Source: an uncultured virus (IMG/VR IMGVR_UViG_2875459517_000002)
Taxonomy: Duplodnaviria > Heunggongvirae > Uroviricota > Caudoviricetes
DNA: 64,000 nt
Reading direction: 5' to 3' (one strand)
IMG/VR virus record: IMGVR_UViG_2875459517_000002
This document shows positions 10,467 through 19,359 of this stretch, in pieces. Both the position numbers and the translations under genes were made by a program. Each line of letters begins with the position of its first letter. Positions within the stretch are counted from its first letter, which is position 1. The notes beneath the pieces are model-generated. The model was not told the origin of the DNA. It saw only the letters and a list, made by a program, of their open reading frames with translations, and did no database searches.

Positions 10467-10712
10467 TTAACCCTCCGTGTTGCTGTCGGATACCTCAATC
10501 CAATCGTACAGATCTTCGGGCGCACAGCCGAGCATCATCGCGATATTGTAGGTTCGTTCGATGCTCGGCAGATTCCGAAGGCTGACGTAATCGGACATTT
10601 GCGTTTTTGATACTCCGACCATTGCTGCGAGTTGACTGAGACTAATTCCGCGTTTCTTGCATAGTTCGGGTATCCGACATTTGCCGACCTTAAACGTAAT
10701 AAACACCTCCAT
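10467..10712 (-). CDS. XRE-family HTH regulator (true start possibly ATT at 10700)
   Basis: SLSQLAAMVGVSKTQMSDY...PSIE...IA..LGC..EDLY. Confidence 0.85.
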   Translation of the reverse strand: MEVFITFKVGKCRIPELCKKRGISLSQLAAMVGVSKTQMSDYVSLRNLPSIERTYNIAMMLGCAPEDLYDWIEVSDSNTEG

Positions 10713-10765
10713 TCGTAAAGGTGTCCGTAATATTTTATCTTAATTAAGTATTAATTTCCATTAGA

Positions 10766-10975
10766 TCATTCTTTAACAATTCTAATGACTTTTTCAACCG
10801 GGACATCAAGGAATAAACAAATTTTTTCCAAAGTGCCTATGTACATTTTTAAATTCGCTTGCATGTGGTTTTCTTTAATACTGGTCTGGGTGCGTGAGCT
10901 TATGACCTGTCTGAGATCGCTCAGGTTCATTTCTTTTTCTTCTAAGGTTTTGAACAATGGGGAAAAATCGACCAT
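10766..10975 (-). CDS. Cro/C1-type HTH regulator, divergent from aimR
   Basis: FSPLFKTL...TLEKICLFLDVPVEKVI; RBS aggagg. Confidence 0.85.
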   Translation of the reverse strand: MVDFSPLFKTLEEKEMNLSDLRQVISSRTQTSIKENHMQANLKMYIGTLEKICLFLDVPVEKVIRIVKE

Positions 10976-10996
10976 TTTAAAAATCCTCCTAAATAA

Positions 10997-11028
10997 ATGT
11001 TTACACGTCTAAACATTTTTATTATACT
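10997..11028 (+). promoter_or_regulatory. SigA-like aimR promoter overlapped by palindromic operator ATGTTTA-N6-TAAACAT
   Basis: TTTACA(11000)-17-TATACT(11023); perfect 7-bp inverted repeat 10997-11016. Confidence 0.65.
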
Positions 11029-11088
11029 TCAATTATACTTAACGAATAGATAAAAGTCATTCATTAATTCAAATAGGGGTGAAATTAC

Positions 11089-12315
11089 ATGGATTCCGTT
11101 CGGGATTTTTTGTTTAATAGTATAGAAGACAGGGATGACATTACAGACGATGATCTTGCTCGACATTTGAGAGTGGGAGGGAAACAGGTTAGGAACCTGC
11201 GGAACGGCGATCGCGAATTGACTTTTAGAAGTTTGCTTATTCTTACACAATTAGTTGATGGCAAGAAATACTCTGAACACATCTCCAATTGGTACGATTT
11301 ACTAGATAGCGACGACTGTATCCGTAATTTATTTGAATACGCGGCTATTACAAGAAATATAGAACTGCTGGATAGGCATATAAAAAAATATCAAGATGAA
11401 AAGAAATCCACTGTAGAGAAATACATCAAGGTTTACACATTCATCCGCGATTACATGAAAGGAGATATTAGCTTCTATGAGATCGATGATGAGATCGCTA
11501 AGCTCACGACACTTAAAAACCCCAAACTTAAGCTTCTAATTGAAATATACGAGTGTATTTCTTTACTACAAAGACGAGAATTTTCATATGTACTCGCAAA
11601 GGCTTCTGAAATTGAAAAACGTATCCGAAAGATGAGCGATAAAACTCAATTATTCGAAAAGGAATGTTACTTGTACAGAGTTTCAGAGGTATTAGCATTT
11701 ACACATTTATTTATGAATAATTTAGATGAAGCAAGGCACTATTCACACATCTTACTAAATGCTAAAATTAACAAAAGAGTTGATTCTGACGCTCTTTATA
11801 TATTAGGAATGACTAATTTACTGCACGATGAAGAACTATGCCTCCACTACTTAAAGCGTAGTTTATCCGCAGCTAAAGAAACGGGGATAGCTAGATTAGA
11901 GGGGTATGCATACTACAATTACAATTTCGCGAAAATTCTGATGTCCCGCAGCATCGATGACAACGCGCCTAGACCACTTCTTGCTGTTCAAAAGTTTCGT
12001 AATAATGAGATTAGTCAGGATAAAGCTCAAGAAGTAATTTTAGAAATGGGAGATCCTGATCTGACTACATATTTCGAATCGTGTTGCGGAAAAGAAAAAA
12101 GACACAAAAAGTTTTGCGAGCTGGTGTCCACTTCTAATCTTTTCTTCGCAGTTATTATTGTAAGGGATATGATTCAGTCCGGGGAGAACAGCGACTTTGT
12201 CAAGACCCTTACAGAAAACCTAAAAACTGTAGAAAAGGGAGATGTTGTTTTTGAAGAAGATTTTATTTGTTGCTTTAATGTGTGTAGCTTTGGTTTCAGG
12301 AGTGCTTGCGCTTAA
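11089..12315 (+). CDS. aimR: AimR-family arbitrium receptor/regulator (HTH plus TPR-like)
   Basis: 408 aa, helical; IRNLFEYA...KYIKVY resembles SPbeta-type AimR as recalled; directly followed by a peptide-precursor gene. Confidence 0.85.
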   Translation: MDSVRDFLFNSIEDRDDITDDDLARHLRVGGKQVRNLRNGDRELTFRSLLILTQLVDGKKYSEHISNWYDLLDSDDCIRNLFEYAAITRNIELLDRHIKKYQDEKKSTVEKYIKVYTFIRDYMKGDISFYEIDDEIAKLTTLKNPKLKLLIEIYECISLLQRREFSYVLAKASEIEKRIRKMSDKTQLFEKECYLYRVSEVLAFTHLFMNNLDEARHYSHILLNAKINKRVDSDALYILGMTNLLHDEELCLHYLKRSLSAAKETGIARLEGYAYYNYNFAKILMSRSIDDNAPRPLLAVQKFRNNEISQDKAQEVILEMGDPDLTTYFESCCGKEKRHKKFCELVSTSNLFFAVIIVRDMIQSGENSDFVKTLTENLKTVEKGDVVFEEDFICCFNVCSFGFRSACA

Positions 12316-12364
12316 TGCTAATGAGGGCAGCAAGGAGGTAGCAATAAACGCAATAGGGGGATAA
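12251..12364 (+). CDS. aimP: AimP arbitrium pre-pro-peptide MKKILFVALMCVALVSGVLALNANEGSKEVAINAIGG (predicted mature INAIGG)
   Basis: Hand-translated, not in the ORF track; TTG start after RBS aaaggga; Sec signal peptide; VA followed by a C-terminal hexapeptide; overlaps the aimR 3' end by 65 nt. Confidence 0.88.
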   Translation: MKKILFVALMCVALVSGVLALNANEGSKEVAINAIGG

Positions 12365-12373
12365 TTATTTCTA

Positions 12374-12401
12374 AGGGCCTGTATCAAACAGGCCTCTTTT
12401 T
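12374..12401 (+). terminator. Terminator after aimP
   Basis: ggcctgt-atcaa-acaggcc hairpin followed by tcttttt. Confidence 0.8.
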
Positions 12402-12421
12402 ATGTTTACATGTTTGAACAT
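12402..12421. promoter_or_regulatory. Second copy of the ATGTTTA-N6-TRAACAT operator
   Basis: atgtttacatgtttgaacat versus atgtttacacgtctaaacat (17/20 identical). Confidence 0.6.
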
Positions 12422-12522
12422 ATCTGTAAATTTACAATCTTGTTCCTTTTCAAATAACTTCAAAATATATGTGCTAATATATGGTCATGGAAGAAAATAA
12501 TAAAAAAAATCTTTCCTGAATG

Positions 12523-12552
12523 TGTCCATTCTGATATGTGCATTCGCAGTTA
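12523..12552 (+). promoter_or_regulatory. Bipartite motif TGTCCATT-N11-ATTCGCAGTTA, copy 2
   Basis: Same boxes and spacing as 989-1018; just upstream of the sigma gene RBS. Confidence 0.6.
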
Positions 12553-12573
12553 ATATTGAAAGGGGAAATCACA

Positions 12574-13209
12574 TTGCAAAATAATGAAAACTTAATAATC
12601 TTGATTGACGATTTTCGAGAAAAAGGAGATCAAAACTCGTTCAATGAGGTTTTTGAATACTTCCGGCCGCTAGTTCGGAATCTCGCTAGAAAATATGGTC
12701 GAGGATGTCCGATCTTGTTCGATGAAATTGTAAGCGAGCTGAACGAGAAGATATGGCGGATCGTTGAAAAGTTCGATAAGACTCGATCGAGAGAAGTAGT
12801 CGGTCATTTTAAGCTCCATCTTTCGCGGGCAGCAATCGATGTAACGCGGATGAAAAATGGGACTTATGCAAAGAAACGGGTACTGTTAGATGCTTCGGCG
12901 GAAGAGAATGCTGCAACATTCGAATCTGATTCCGATGATCTAATGGAGGATCACGTAATTGCGATGATTGATGGAGAAATAAAAACGGACCAAGATAAGC
13001 TGCAACTTATCAAGGCCCTAACGGAAAATTCCTGCTCACTAACGACTGCAATCGTTAAGGAGCATCTTGCAAGCGAACGACCTACATACGCTTCGATCGG
13101 CAGTAAGGTAGGCGTCCATTACAAAAAAGTAGAACGTGTAATCAAAGGGTTAGCGAAAAATTTCGACGCTTCTCACCACGGCGAACTTAACGCTTTTCTA
13201 TCTGTGTAA
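12574..13209 (+). CDS. Phage sigma-70-like factor
   Basis: Region-2-like GDQNSFNEVFEYFRPLVRNLARKY...IWRIVEKFD; C-terminal HTH; TTG after RBS aaagggga. Confidence 0.75.
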   Translation: MQNNENLIILIDDFREKGDQNSFNEVFEYFRPLVRNLARKYGRGCPILFDEIVSELNEKIWRIVEKFDKTRSREVVGHFKLHLSRAAIDVTRMKNGTYAKKRVLLDASAEENAATFESDSDDLMEDHVIAMIDGEIKTDQDKLQLIKALTENSCSLTTAIVKEHLASERPTYASIGSKVGVHYKKVERVIKGLAKNFDASHHGELNAFLSV

Positions 13210-13511
13210 CACACGCTATACGCAGCTAGGCCCGAAGGACTTTCGCTACGTCCTCATTGTATTGCATATTGTCAACAAATTCAAGGGAACAATTATGCGA
13301 ACAAGTCCTCGGCCTAGTGCGATTATCCTTAAAATAACGGAGGCTAACGTACTATGCATACATCGAATTTACCCACATTTAACGAATCTCAAACGCTTTT
13401 AGCGCTAGATGAGCGCAAACTAACCGATTTCATTTACCAAGGCGCATGGCTGCACGATGAAGACCCGGCCGACTATCTCCCGGCTACTCCGATTAAGGCG
13501 GTGCGCGTCGG

Positions 13512-14078
13512 ATGAAAAAATACGGAGTAACCAAGCATGCTGTTGATCGTGCAGTTGAACGACTTGGCTACGACCGCGGATCTGCTGTCGGATGTATAAA
13601 TAACCTTATGCAAACGGCTCATTATATCGGAGACGCGAATGATCATAACGGAAAGACGTCACGAATATTCGACCACATAAAGTCGCGTGTCAGACTCGTA
13701 GTAATCGATAATAAAGTCGTCACTGTGTATAAAATGCACGAAGGATTAGCGCCAATCGACGCTACGCCATCCGGAAGTCCGAATCCAATTAACGGTCTTC
13801 CAGACGAACTGAAGACGGTAATCAAACGTAAATCGGGTGCTATCATTGTCCGTCATAAACGCGAATTACGAAGCTTAACGATTCAGCTTGCGGAGAAGAA
13901 CCTCGAAATTGCGCAACTCGAATTAAACCGCGCAAAAGCTCGCGCACATAAGATTATCGCAGTCATTGACGCAAAGATCGCCGTTGCTCGTTCTGAATAC
14001 GCATCGATTAACGAAAAAGCTACCGCGATTAAATCCGAAATTGAATCGATTGAGAAAGGCGTGGCTGCGTATGTCTGA
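13512..14078 (+). CDS. Hypothetical protein (TKHA..R N-terminal domain plus coiled coil)
   Basis: VTKHAVDRAVER...VVTVY motif; RBS ggcggtg. Confidence 0.6.
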   Translation: MKKYGVTKHAVDRAVERLGYDRGSAVGCINNLMQTAHYIGDANDHNGKTSRIFDHIKSRVRLVVIDNKVVTVYKMHEGLAPIDATPSGSPNPINGLPDELKTVIKRKSGAIIVRHKRELRSLTIQLAEKNLEIAQLELNRAKARAHKIIAVIDAKIAVARSEYASINEKATAIKSEIESIEKGVAAYV

Positions 14079-14177
14079 TCTTTCGTGGGTGGGACCGATT
14101 GCTGCCGTCATCATCGGATTAATACTTTTCGGCATGTGGACGCAAATTGGCGAAGACGACGCATGATAGGCGCGTCG

Positions 14178-14282
14178 CGTCCTCGGAGAATGTCGGGGCG
14201 GCCGTTAGGTAATCCGTGTCGCGTCGCTACGGCCAAGCGCTGGCGGCGTTTCGGGCGCAGACACCGGCATTTTGCGAGGGCG
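14178..14282 (+). ncRNA. GC-rich structured RNA leader upstream of ssb, with possible pseudoknot
   Basis: Nested stems cgtcctcg/cgagggcg, gaatgtcgg/ccggcattt, gtgtc/gacac, gcgtcgcta/tggcggcgt; loop cggcc complementary to ggccg at 14200. Confidence 0.55.
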
Positions 14283-14315
14283 AAAAGCCTTAATAAAAAC
14301 GTAGGGGGAAAACGA

Positions 14316-15071
14316 ATGAGCATTCGAGATATCTTAAAGAAACGTGAAGAGGAGCGGGATAAAGCGTCAAGCGGTGAAAGTGAATTCCCGGAAGGTGTTA
14401 CGCGATATGTTCGCGTTGGAAGCTACGGAGAAATCAACAAAGACGGACGTAGCCTAGTCATTCTCGCGCAGCCTGACGATTGGTACATCTACTTTGTTCA
14501 CGAAAATAAAGAATACACGGGGAAAGGTTATGATCACAAATTCCGCAAACACACATGCCTGCACTCTCCACACGATAAAGTAGGTACGGAAGAATTACAG
14601 CAGTATTTCCGTCCCGGTAAGGATGAATGCATTTCGTGCAAAGCCGGAGCGCAACGTAAGATGTTTTTTATGATTCCGGTCTACGATCCGAAATATAAAA
14701 CCTATCGCGTAATTGATATCGCTGAGTTCCACGCGAACAATTTAATCGACGACTATGACAAGGCCGAGAAACCTGCGAAGAAGATCCTTCCGGATTACAC
14801 ACTCGTAGGTCAGGCGGTTCACTTTAAACAGGCAGATAAAACGTACTCGTTGGAAACGGGTGATCTCCCAGACGAAGCCATCGAAGAAGCAAAAGCATTT
14901 ATCGGCATCGATTACAAGTACGAAGAGCTCGCAAACTTCCGTGAAGAAAGCGACATCGTTAAGCTGTTGCACGAAGCGAAGGACGGCGTTAAGAAATCTG
15001 TATTGCCTCCGTTAGAGGACGGAAACTCGGCAGACTCTAACGAACCTACTTCCGAAGAATTACCGTTCTAA
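14316..15071 (+). CDS. Single-stranded DNA-binding protein (gp32-like, probable)
   Basis: Acidic tail ending ELPF; H/C cluster (HTC..CISC); RBS aggggg; real start is internal to the track ORF. Confidence 0.7.
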   Translation: MSIRDILKKREEERDKASSGESEFPEGVTRYVRVGSYGEINKDGRSLVILAQPDDWYIYFVHENKEYTGKGYDHKFRKHTCLHSPHDKVGTEELQQYFRPGKDECISCKAGAQRKMFFMIPVYDPKYKTYRVIDIAEFHANNLIDDYDKAEKPAKKILPDYTLVGQAVHFKQADKTYSLETGDLPDEAIEEAKAFIGIDYKYEELANFREESDIVKLLHEAKDGVKKSVLPPLEDGNSADSNEPTSEELPF

Positions 15072-15105
15072 TCACGTACCAACCAAACGAAAAGGAGGCG
15101 CTTAT

Positions 15106-15540
15106 ATGGCGCATAAAGCAGAAGATACCGGCAAGTATTCGGAGCTGATCGCTCGTGCTGCGCTGCTGGCTAGCGGCTGGCAGGCGGTCAGTACGTCCGA
15201 AACGGAAGAGGCATTCGATATTAGCGCAAAAGATCCGTTGAGTGGCGAGTGGAAAACGTTTCAGGTGAAGACGATTTATGATCGGAAGGAGCGCGGAAGC
15301 CTTATCGTTCAGGCGCGTAAAAGCGACCGGACACCGTATAAGCTCGATGAAGTCGATTACTTTATCGGCGTGCTTATTGGACGTAGTCCGGTGCCTACCG
15401 TGTGGATGTTCGAGAATCGCGAGCTCACCGAGTATTGGGGGCCGCAGTCGAAGGACGGCAAGCGGTGGGTACGGATGGATTTGAACTTTCGACGTGAAGA
15501 CGTAGATCTTACGAAAATTAACGAATCGGAGGCGGTTTGA
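15106..15540 (+). CDS. PD-(D/E)XK nuclease
   Basis: G..SE...FD...TFQVKT...Y..DEVDYF. Confidence 0.65.
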   Translation: MAHKAEDTGKYSELIARAALLASGWQAVSTSETEEAFDISAKDPLSGEWKTFQVKTIYDRKERGSLIVQARKSDRTPYKLDEVDYFIGVLIGRSPVPTVWMFENRELTEYWGPQSKDGKRWVRMDLNFRREDVDLTKINESEAV

Positions 15541-16847
15541 TGGCGAAATTAGACGGCGTTAAGACACTCGATATGGTGAACGGTGAAATTACGAAGGTTG
15601 CGTATGGCGGCGCGGCTTACGAGCGCGTGGAAGGCGAGGCGAAAGAATTCGGAAGTGTCGGCGATCTGGTACTTAATGGACGCATTCACTGCGACTTAAC
15701 TGTAGGCGCGTTTTACGAAATAGTAATCAACGAGGAGTACGGATGGACAACAGTTCGAGATGATATCGGGGATTGGCACAGTGACGTATTGTATAATCCA
15801 CGGAGCGTACTCTTCCGCAAAGTCGCCGCCAGCGCCAATCCGTCCTTAGAAGACCGCGTCAGCAGCGCGGAAGGCGAAATCGAATCGTTAAAATCCGACG
15901 TGGCTGCGTTGAAGGGTGAGCCGGAATATAAGCGGATTGACAGAAGCGAAGCGCGAGCAGGTGACTTCGTTAAGTTCGATGATCCTCCGAGCTATTTAAC
16001 CGATAAGGAATATTACGAAATTAAAGAATTTGCGCAAGGTTATCCCGTAATTATTGACGATGATGGCGATGAATACGACACCTACAGTGACGAATTCGAA
16101 GTCTATCGAAAAGTAAGCGCCGCAAGCGTAGAAGCTGAGCGCCTGAAGGTCGGTGATTATGCGAAGGTGGTCGAAGACCAAACGACTAGTGATGACGATC
16201 CGATCTCCGACGAAGCTTACGTTGGCGATTGCGTAGAAGTTTTAACGGACGATAAATCGAATGTTCCGTTTGAGGTTCGAATCATTACTGGTAAGAACGT
16301 AGGCGACACGGCGTGGGCGCGAGAATTTGCGTTAGTACGCGCCACTGACGAAGAAGTTGCCGAAGCTAAAGACGCAGCAGCACGCGCTAAATTCAAAAAA
16401 GGCGCTAAAGTGCGGTTGAAGTCGGGCGGCGGAAAGGTCCCTCTTATCGGATTCGAGAACGGTGAGATTTATGAGGTTTCCGATAACAATTTCGACCATA
16501 CGAAGAGGGGCAAACGCATTCGAATCGAAGGCGGCGCCATTCCGTTTAACGGCTCCGGATGCGCAACGCCGGATCAGCTCGAAATTTTAACCGAAGAGGA
16601 AGCCGCCGAGATCGAGCGTAAGCAAGCCGAAGAAGCGAAGTGGGCGAAGATCGGACGTGAGGTTGGCGAGTATAAGAGAGGAGATATCGCGCGAGTAGTA
16701 GACAACAAGTGTGCTGGACGTGTAGCAAACGGGGATATTATCGAAGTCCTCAAACAAGCCTCTGGTGGGTCCGTCGTGGATACAGTGCATGGATATTTTC
16801 TTAAAGTCGAACTCATTACGCCAGTCGAGGCGCGCTTTGACCGCTAA
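15537..16847 (+). CDS. Hypothetical multi-module phage protein
   Basis: Repeated VGD/AGD/KGA/RGD modules separated by helical linkers. Confidence 0.65.
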   Translation: MMAKLDGVKTLDMVNGEITKVAYGGAAYERVEGEAKEFGSVGDLVLNGRIHCDLTVGAFYEIVINEEYGWTTVRDDIGDWHSDVLYNPRSVLFRKVAASANPSLEDRVSSAEGEIESLKSDVAALKGEPEYKRIDRSEARAGDFVKFDDPPSYLTDKEYYEIKEFAQGYPVIIDDDGDEYDTYSDEFEVYRKVSAASVEAERLKVGDYAKVVEDQTTSDDDPISDEAYVGDCVEVLTDDKSNVPFEVRIITGKNVGDTAWAREFALVRATDEEVAEAKDAAARAKFKKGAKVRLKSGGGKVPLIGFENGEIYEVSDNNFDHTKRGKRIRIEGGAIPFNGSGCATPDQLEILTEEEAAEIERKQAEEAKWAKIGREVGEYKRGDIARVVDNKCAGRVANGDIIEVLKQASGGSVVDTVHGYFLKVELITPVEARFDR

Positions 16848-17202
16848 GCCGGCCACCGTCTGCGCCGCATGTAACGCTAACCTTTACGAAGGGCGATCCG
16901 CAATTTACGATTCGCTCTTCGAGGTTTATGCGTGCGATCCGTCTTGCTGGTCGGAATGGTATGCGGATAACGAAGCGGACTATAAACGAAGATGGACGGA
17001 GGCGGTCGATTTATGAAGAGATTACCGAGAGCGATTGCGTTTGTGTTCGGTGTATTAATGGCATTCATTGCCGGACAGTGCGTATTGAACATGGATGTGT
17101 TTGCTACTGTAACGTGCGTTCTAGGCGTTTTTGTATTCGGATGCCTTAACGTAATAATGAGCGAATAAGCGGTATATATTACGCGAGGAAGGAGGACGAC
17201 GA

Positions 17203-19359
17203 ATGGAAGGCTTACGGTTAAATATGAACGCGCTGAAGCCGGCGGCTCCGAAATCGGACGCAGTAGAGGCGACGGCCAAGCGGAAGGCGAAAGCCAAGAC
17301 CGCCGAGCCGATCGAGGAAAGCTGGCGGAAGATATTCGCGATGAAACTATCGGATGCCGATCGCAAAAGGGTAACGGAAGTCAAGGCGGCCATGGATGCG
17401 GGCAAACTAGCGCGCGATCCGGCTGACTGCGTGAACAAGGCCGGCAATCCTAAGGCGTTCAGCAAGGCGGAGGCACTCCGGCTATGGAAGACGTTACAAG
17501 AAGCCCAGCGCGAAGAAACCTTGCGGCAGATGGTCGAGAATACGCCGGATAATTACTGGCTGATTACGGATGTCGAACGTTTCAACGAATTTCTGGCGCT
17601 GCTGGCTGACGAAGAAGAGATCGTATTCGACGTAGAGACGACGGGCGCTGATACGTGGGAAGACCGGATTGTAGGTAACGTGATAAGTGCAGTCAAGTCG
17701 AACATACACGCTTACATTCCGACTAAGCACGTTACAGAGGCGCCACAGCTACCGCACGCTTACGTCATGGAGAAGCTGAAGCCGATTTACGAAGATGCTT
17801 CCGTTAAAAAGATCGCGCATAACGGCAAATTCGATATTCACATGTTATCACATGAAGGCGTTACGCTGCGTGGCTTAGCGTGGGATACGCAGTTCGCTAT
17901 GCATATTCTTAACGAAAATGAGCGCGTGACTGGCGGATCTTATCGACTAAAGGATCTCGTTACTAAATATCTCGGCATTCCTTCGCAGACATACGATGAG
18001 TTATTCGGTAAGGCCGGCTTTCACGAAGTCGCCGATTTAAGAGTTGCGCTGGCATATGCCGCAAAGGACGGTGACGTTACGCTCAAATTACGTAATTTCC
18101 AACGCGAACACTTACGAAAGATTGGACTGCTCGAATACTACGAACAAGTCGAGAATCCAACGATCAGTGTGTCGGTCGAGATGGAGGCAGCTGGCTTCGT
18201 ACTGGATATCGAGAAGGCTAAAACGTTAGGCGCCGAGCTGAAAGCGGAACTGATCGACATCGAAGAGGGTTTGCGTAAGCATTTCGGCGAGATTAACTTC
18301 AATTCGCCGGCACAGCTATCGGAAAAGTTTTTCGATGAATTAAAGCTCGACCGTTACTTGCCGAAGGGTTTCAAGAAATCGACTGACGTTAAGACGTTGA
18401 AATTACTGGCGCCACATCACGAAGGAATTAAGCTCTTGTTATCTTATCGCGAGAAGACGAAGCTGCTCGGAACGTATATCGAAGCTTTGCCGCAACAGGT
18501 AAAGGCAGACGGGCGCATTCACGGTAATTTCAATCAAACGGGCACCGTGACCGGACGCTTTTCTTCGAACAATCCGAACCTACAAAACCAGCCGTACTTT
18601 GCGCGTAAGTTATTCGTCGCTCCTCCGGGTCAGGTTATTTTATCCGGTGACTTCTCGCAGCAGGAACCGAGATTTCTATCACATTTTACTGGCGAAGAAG
18701 TCCTCGTAAATGCTTACCGTGAAGGACGCGATCTTTATTCAACGGCTGCCAGCGAATTATTCGGCTTGCCGATTGAGGAATGCGGTGACGGTTCTAAGTA
18801 TCGGAAGATGATGAAAACAGGCATACTCGCGGTTATGTACGGAACTGGCCCGAAAACACTTGCCGATCAGCTGGGCATAACGGAGAAGGAAGCGAAGGAC
18901 TTTATCGCTCAGTTCTACGAGAAATACCCGAAAGTTAAGGCGTGGATTGACGGCAACGAGCAATTTGCAAAGCGTTACGGATACGTTCAAATGTTTCACG
19001 GACGAAAGCGTAGGCTCCCGGAAGCTAAGTCGCGCGACCGATTTACACAGTTCCGAGCAATGCGCCAAGCTACAAACGCGATTATCCAAGGCAGCGCGGC
19101 CATACAGACGAAGCTAACGATGATCGAATTACAGAAGCTATGCCGCCACAAGGGATGGACGATGGCTTTCTCGGTACACGACGAAGTTGCCGTTTATGCT
19201 CCGGAAACTTTAACGCGTGATGATGTAGCGGATTTCGAGGCGGTGATGCTAAATACATTGCGGCTAGATGTGCCGAATAAGACGGATATTGAAATCAGCC
19301 GAAGATGGGGCGAAGGATTTCCGGTGGACGAATGGTTTAAAAACAAGGAGGCGGTTTGA
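17203..19359 (+). CDS. polA: Family A DNA polymerase with 3'-5' exonuclease
   Basis: FDVETTG, HNGKFD, YAAKD exonuclease motifs; TGRFSSNNPNLQN, DFSQQEPR, K...YG, VHDE polymerase motifs. Confidence 0.97.
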   Translation: MEGLRLNMNALKPAAPKSDAVEATAKRKAKAKTAEPIEESWRKIFAMKLSDADRKRVTEVKAAMDAGKLARDPADCVNKAGNPKAFSKAEALRLWKTLQEAQREETLRQMVENTPDNYWLITDVERFNEFLALLADEEEIVFDVETTGADTWEDRIVGNVISAVKSNIHAYIPTKHVTEAPQLPHAYVMEKLKPIYEDASVKKIAHNGKFDIHMLSHEGVTLRGLAWDTQFAMHILNENERVTGGSYRLKDLVTKYLGIPSQTYDELFGKAGFHEVADLRVALAYAAKDGDVTLKLRNFQREHLRKIGLLEYYEQVENPTISVSVEMEAAGFVLDIEKAKTLGAELKAELIDIEEGLRKHFGEINFNSPAQLSEKFFDELKLDRYLPKGFKKSTDVKTLKLLAPHHEGIKLLLSYREKTKLLGTYIEALPQQVKADGRIHGNFNQTGTVTGRFSSNNPNLQNQPYFARKLFVAPPGQVILSGDFSQQEPRFLSHFTGEEVLVNAYREGRDLYSTAASELFGLPIEECGDGSKYRKMMKTGILAVMYGTGPKTLADQLGITEKEAKDFIAQFYEKYPKVKAWIDGNEQFAKRYGYVQMFHGRKRRLPEAKSRDRFTQFRAMRQATNAIIQGSAAIQTKLTMIELQKLCRHKGWTMAFSVHDEVAVYAPETLTRDDVADFEAVMLNTLRLDVPNKTDIEISRRWGEGFPVDEWFKNKEAV

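Noticed and set aside
14085..14315. Arg-rich N-terminal extension of the SSB ORF
   Set aside because: Read-through of a structured GC-rich leader; the RBS supports ATG 14316
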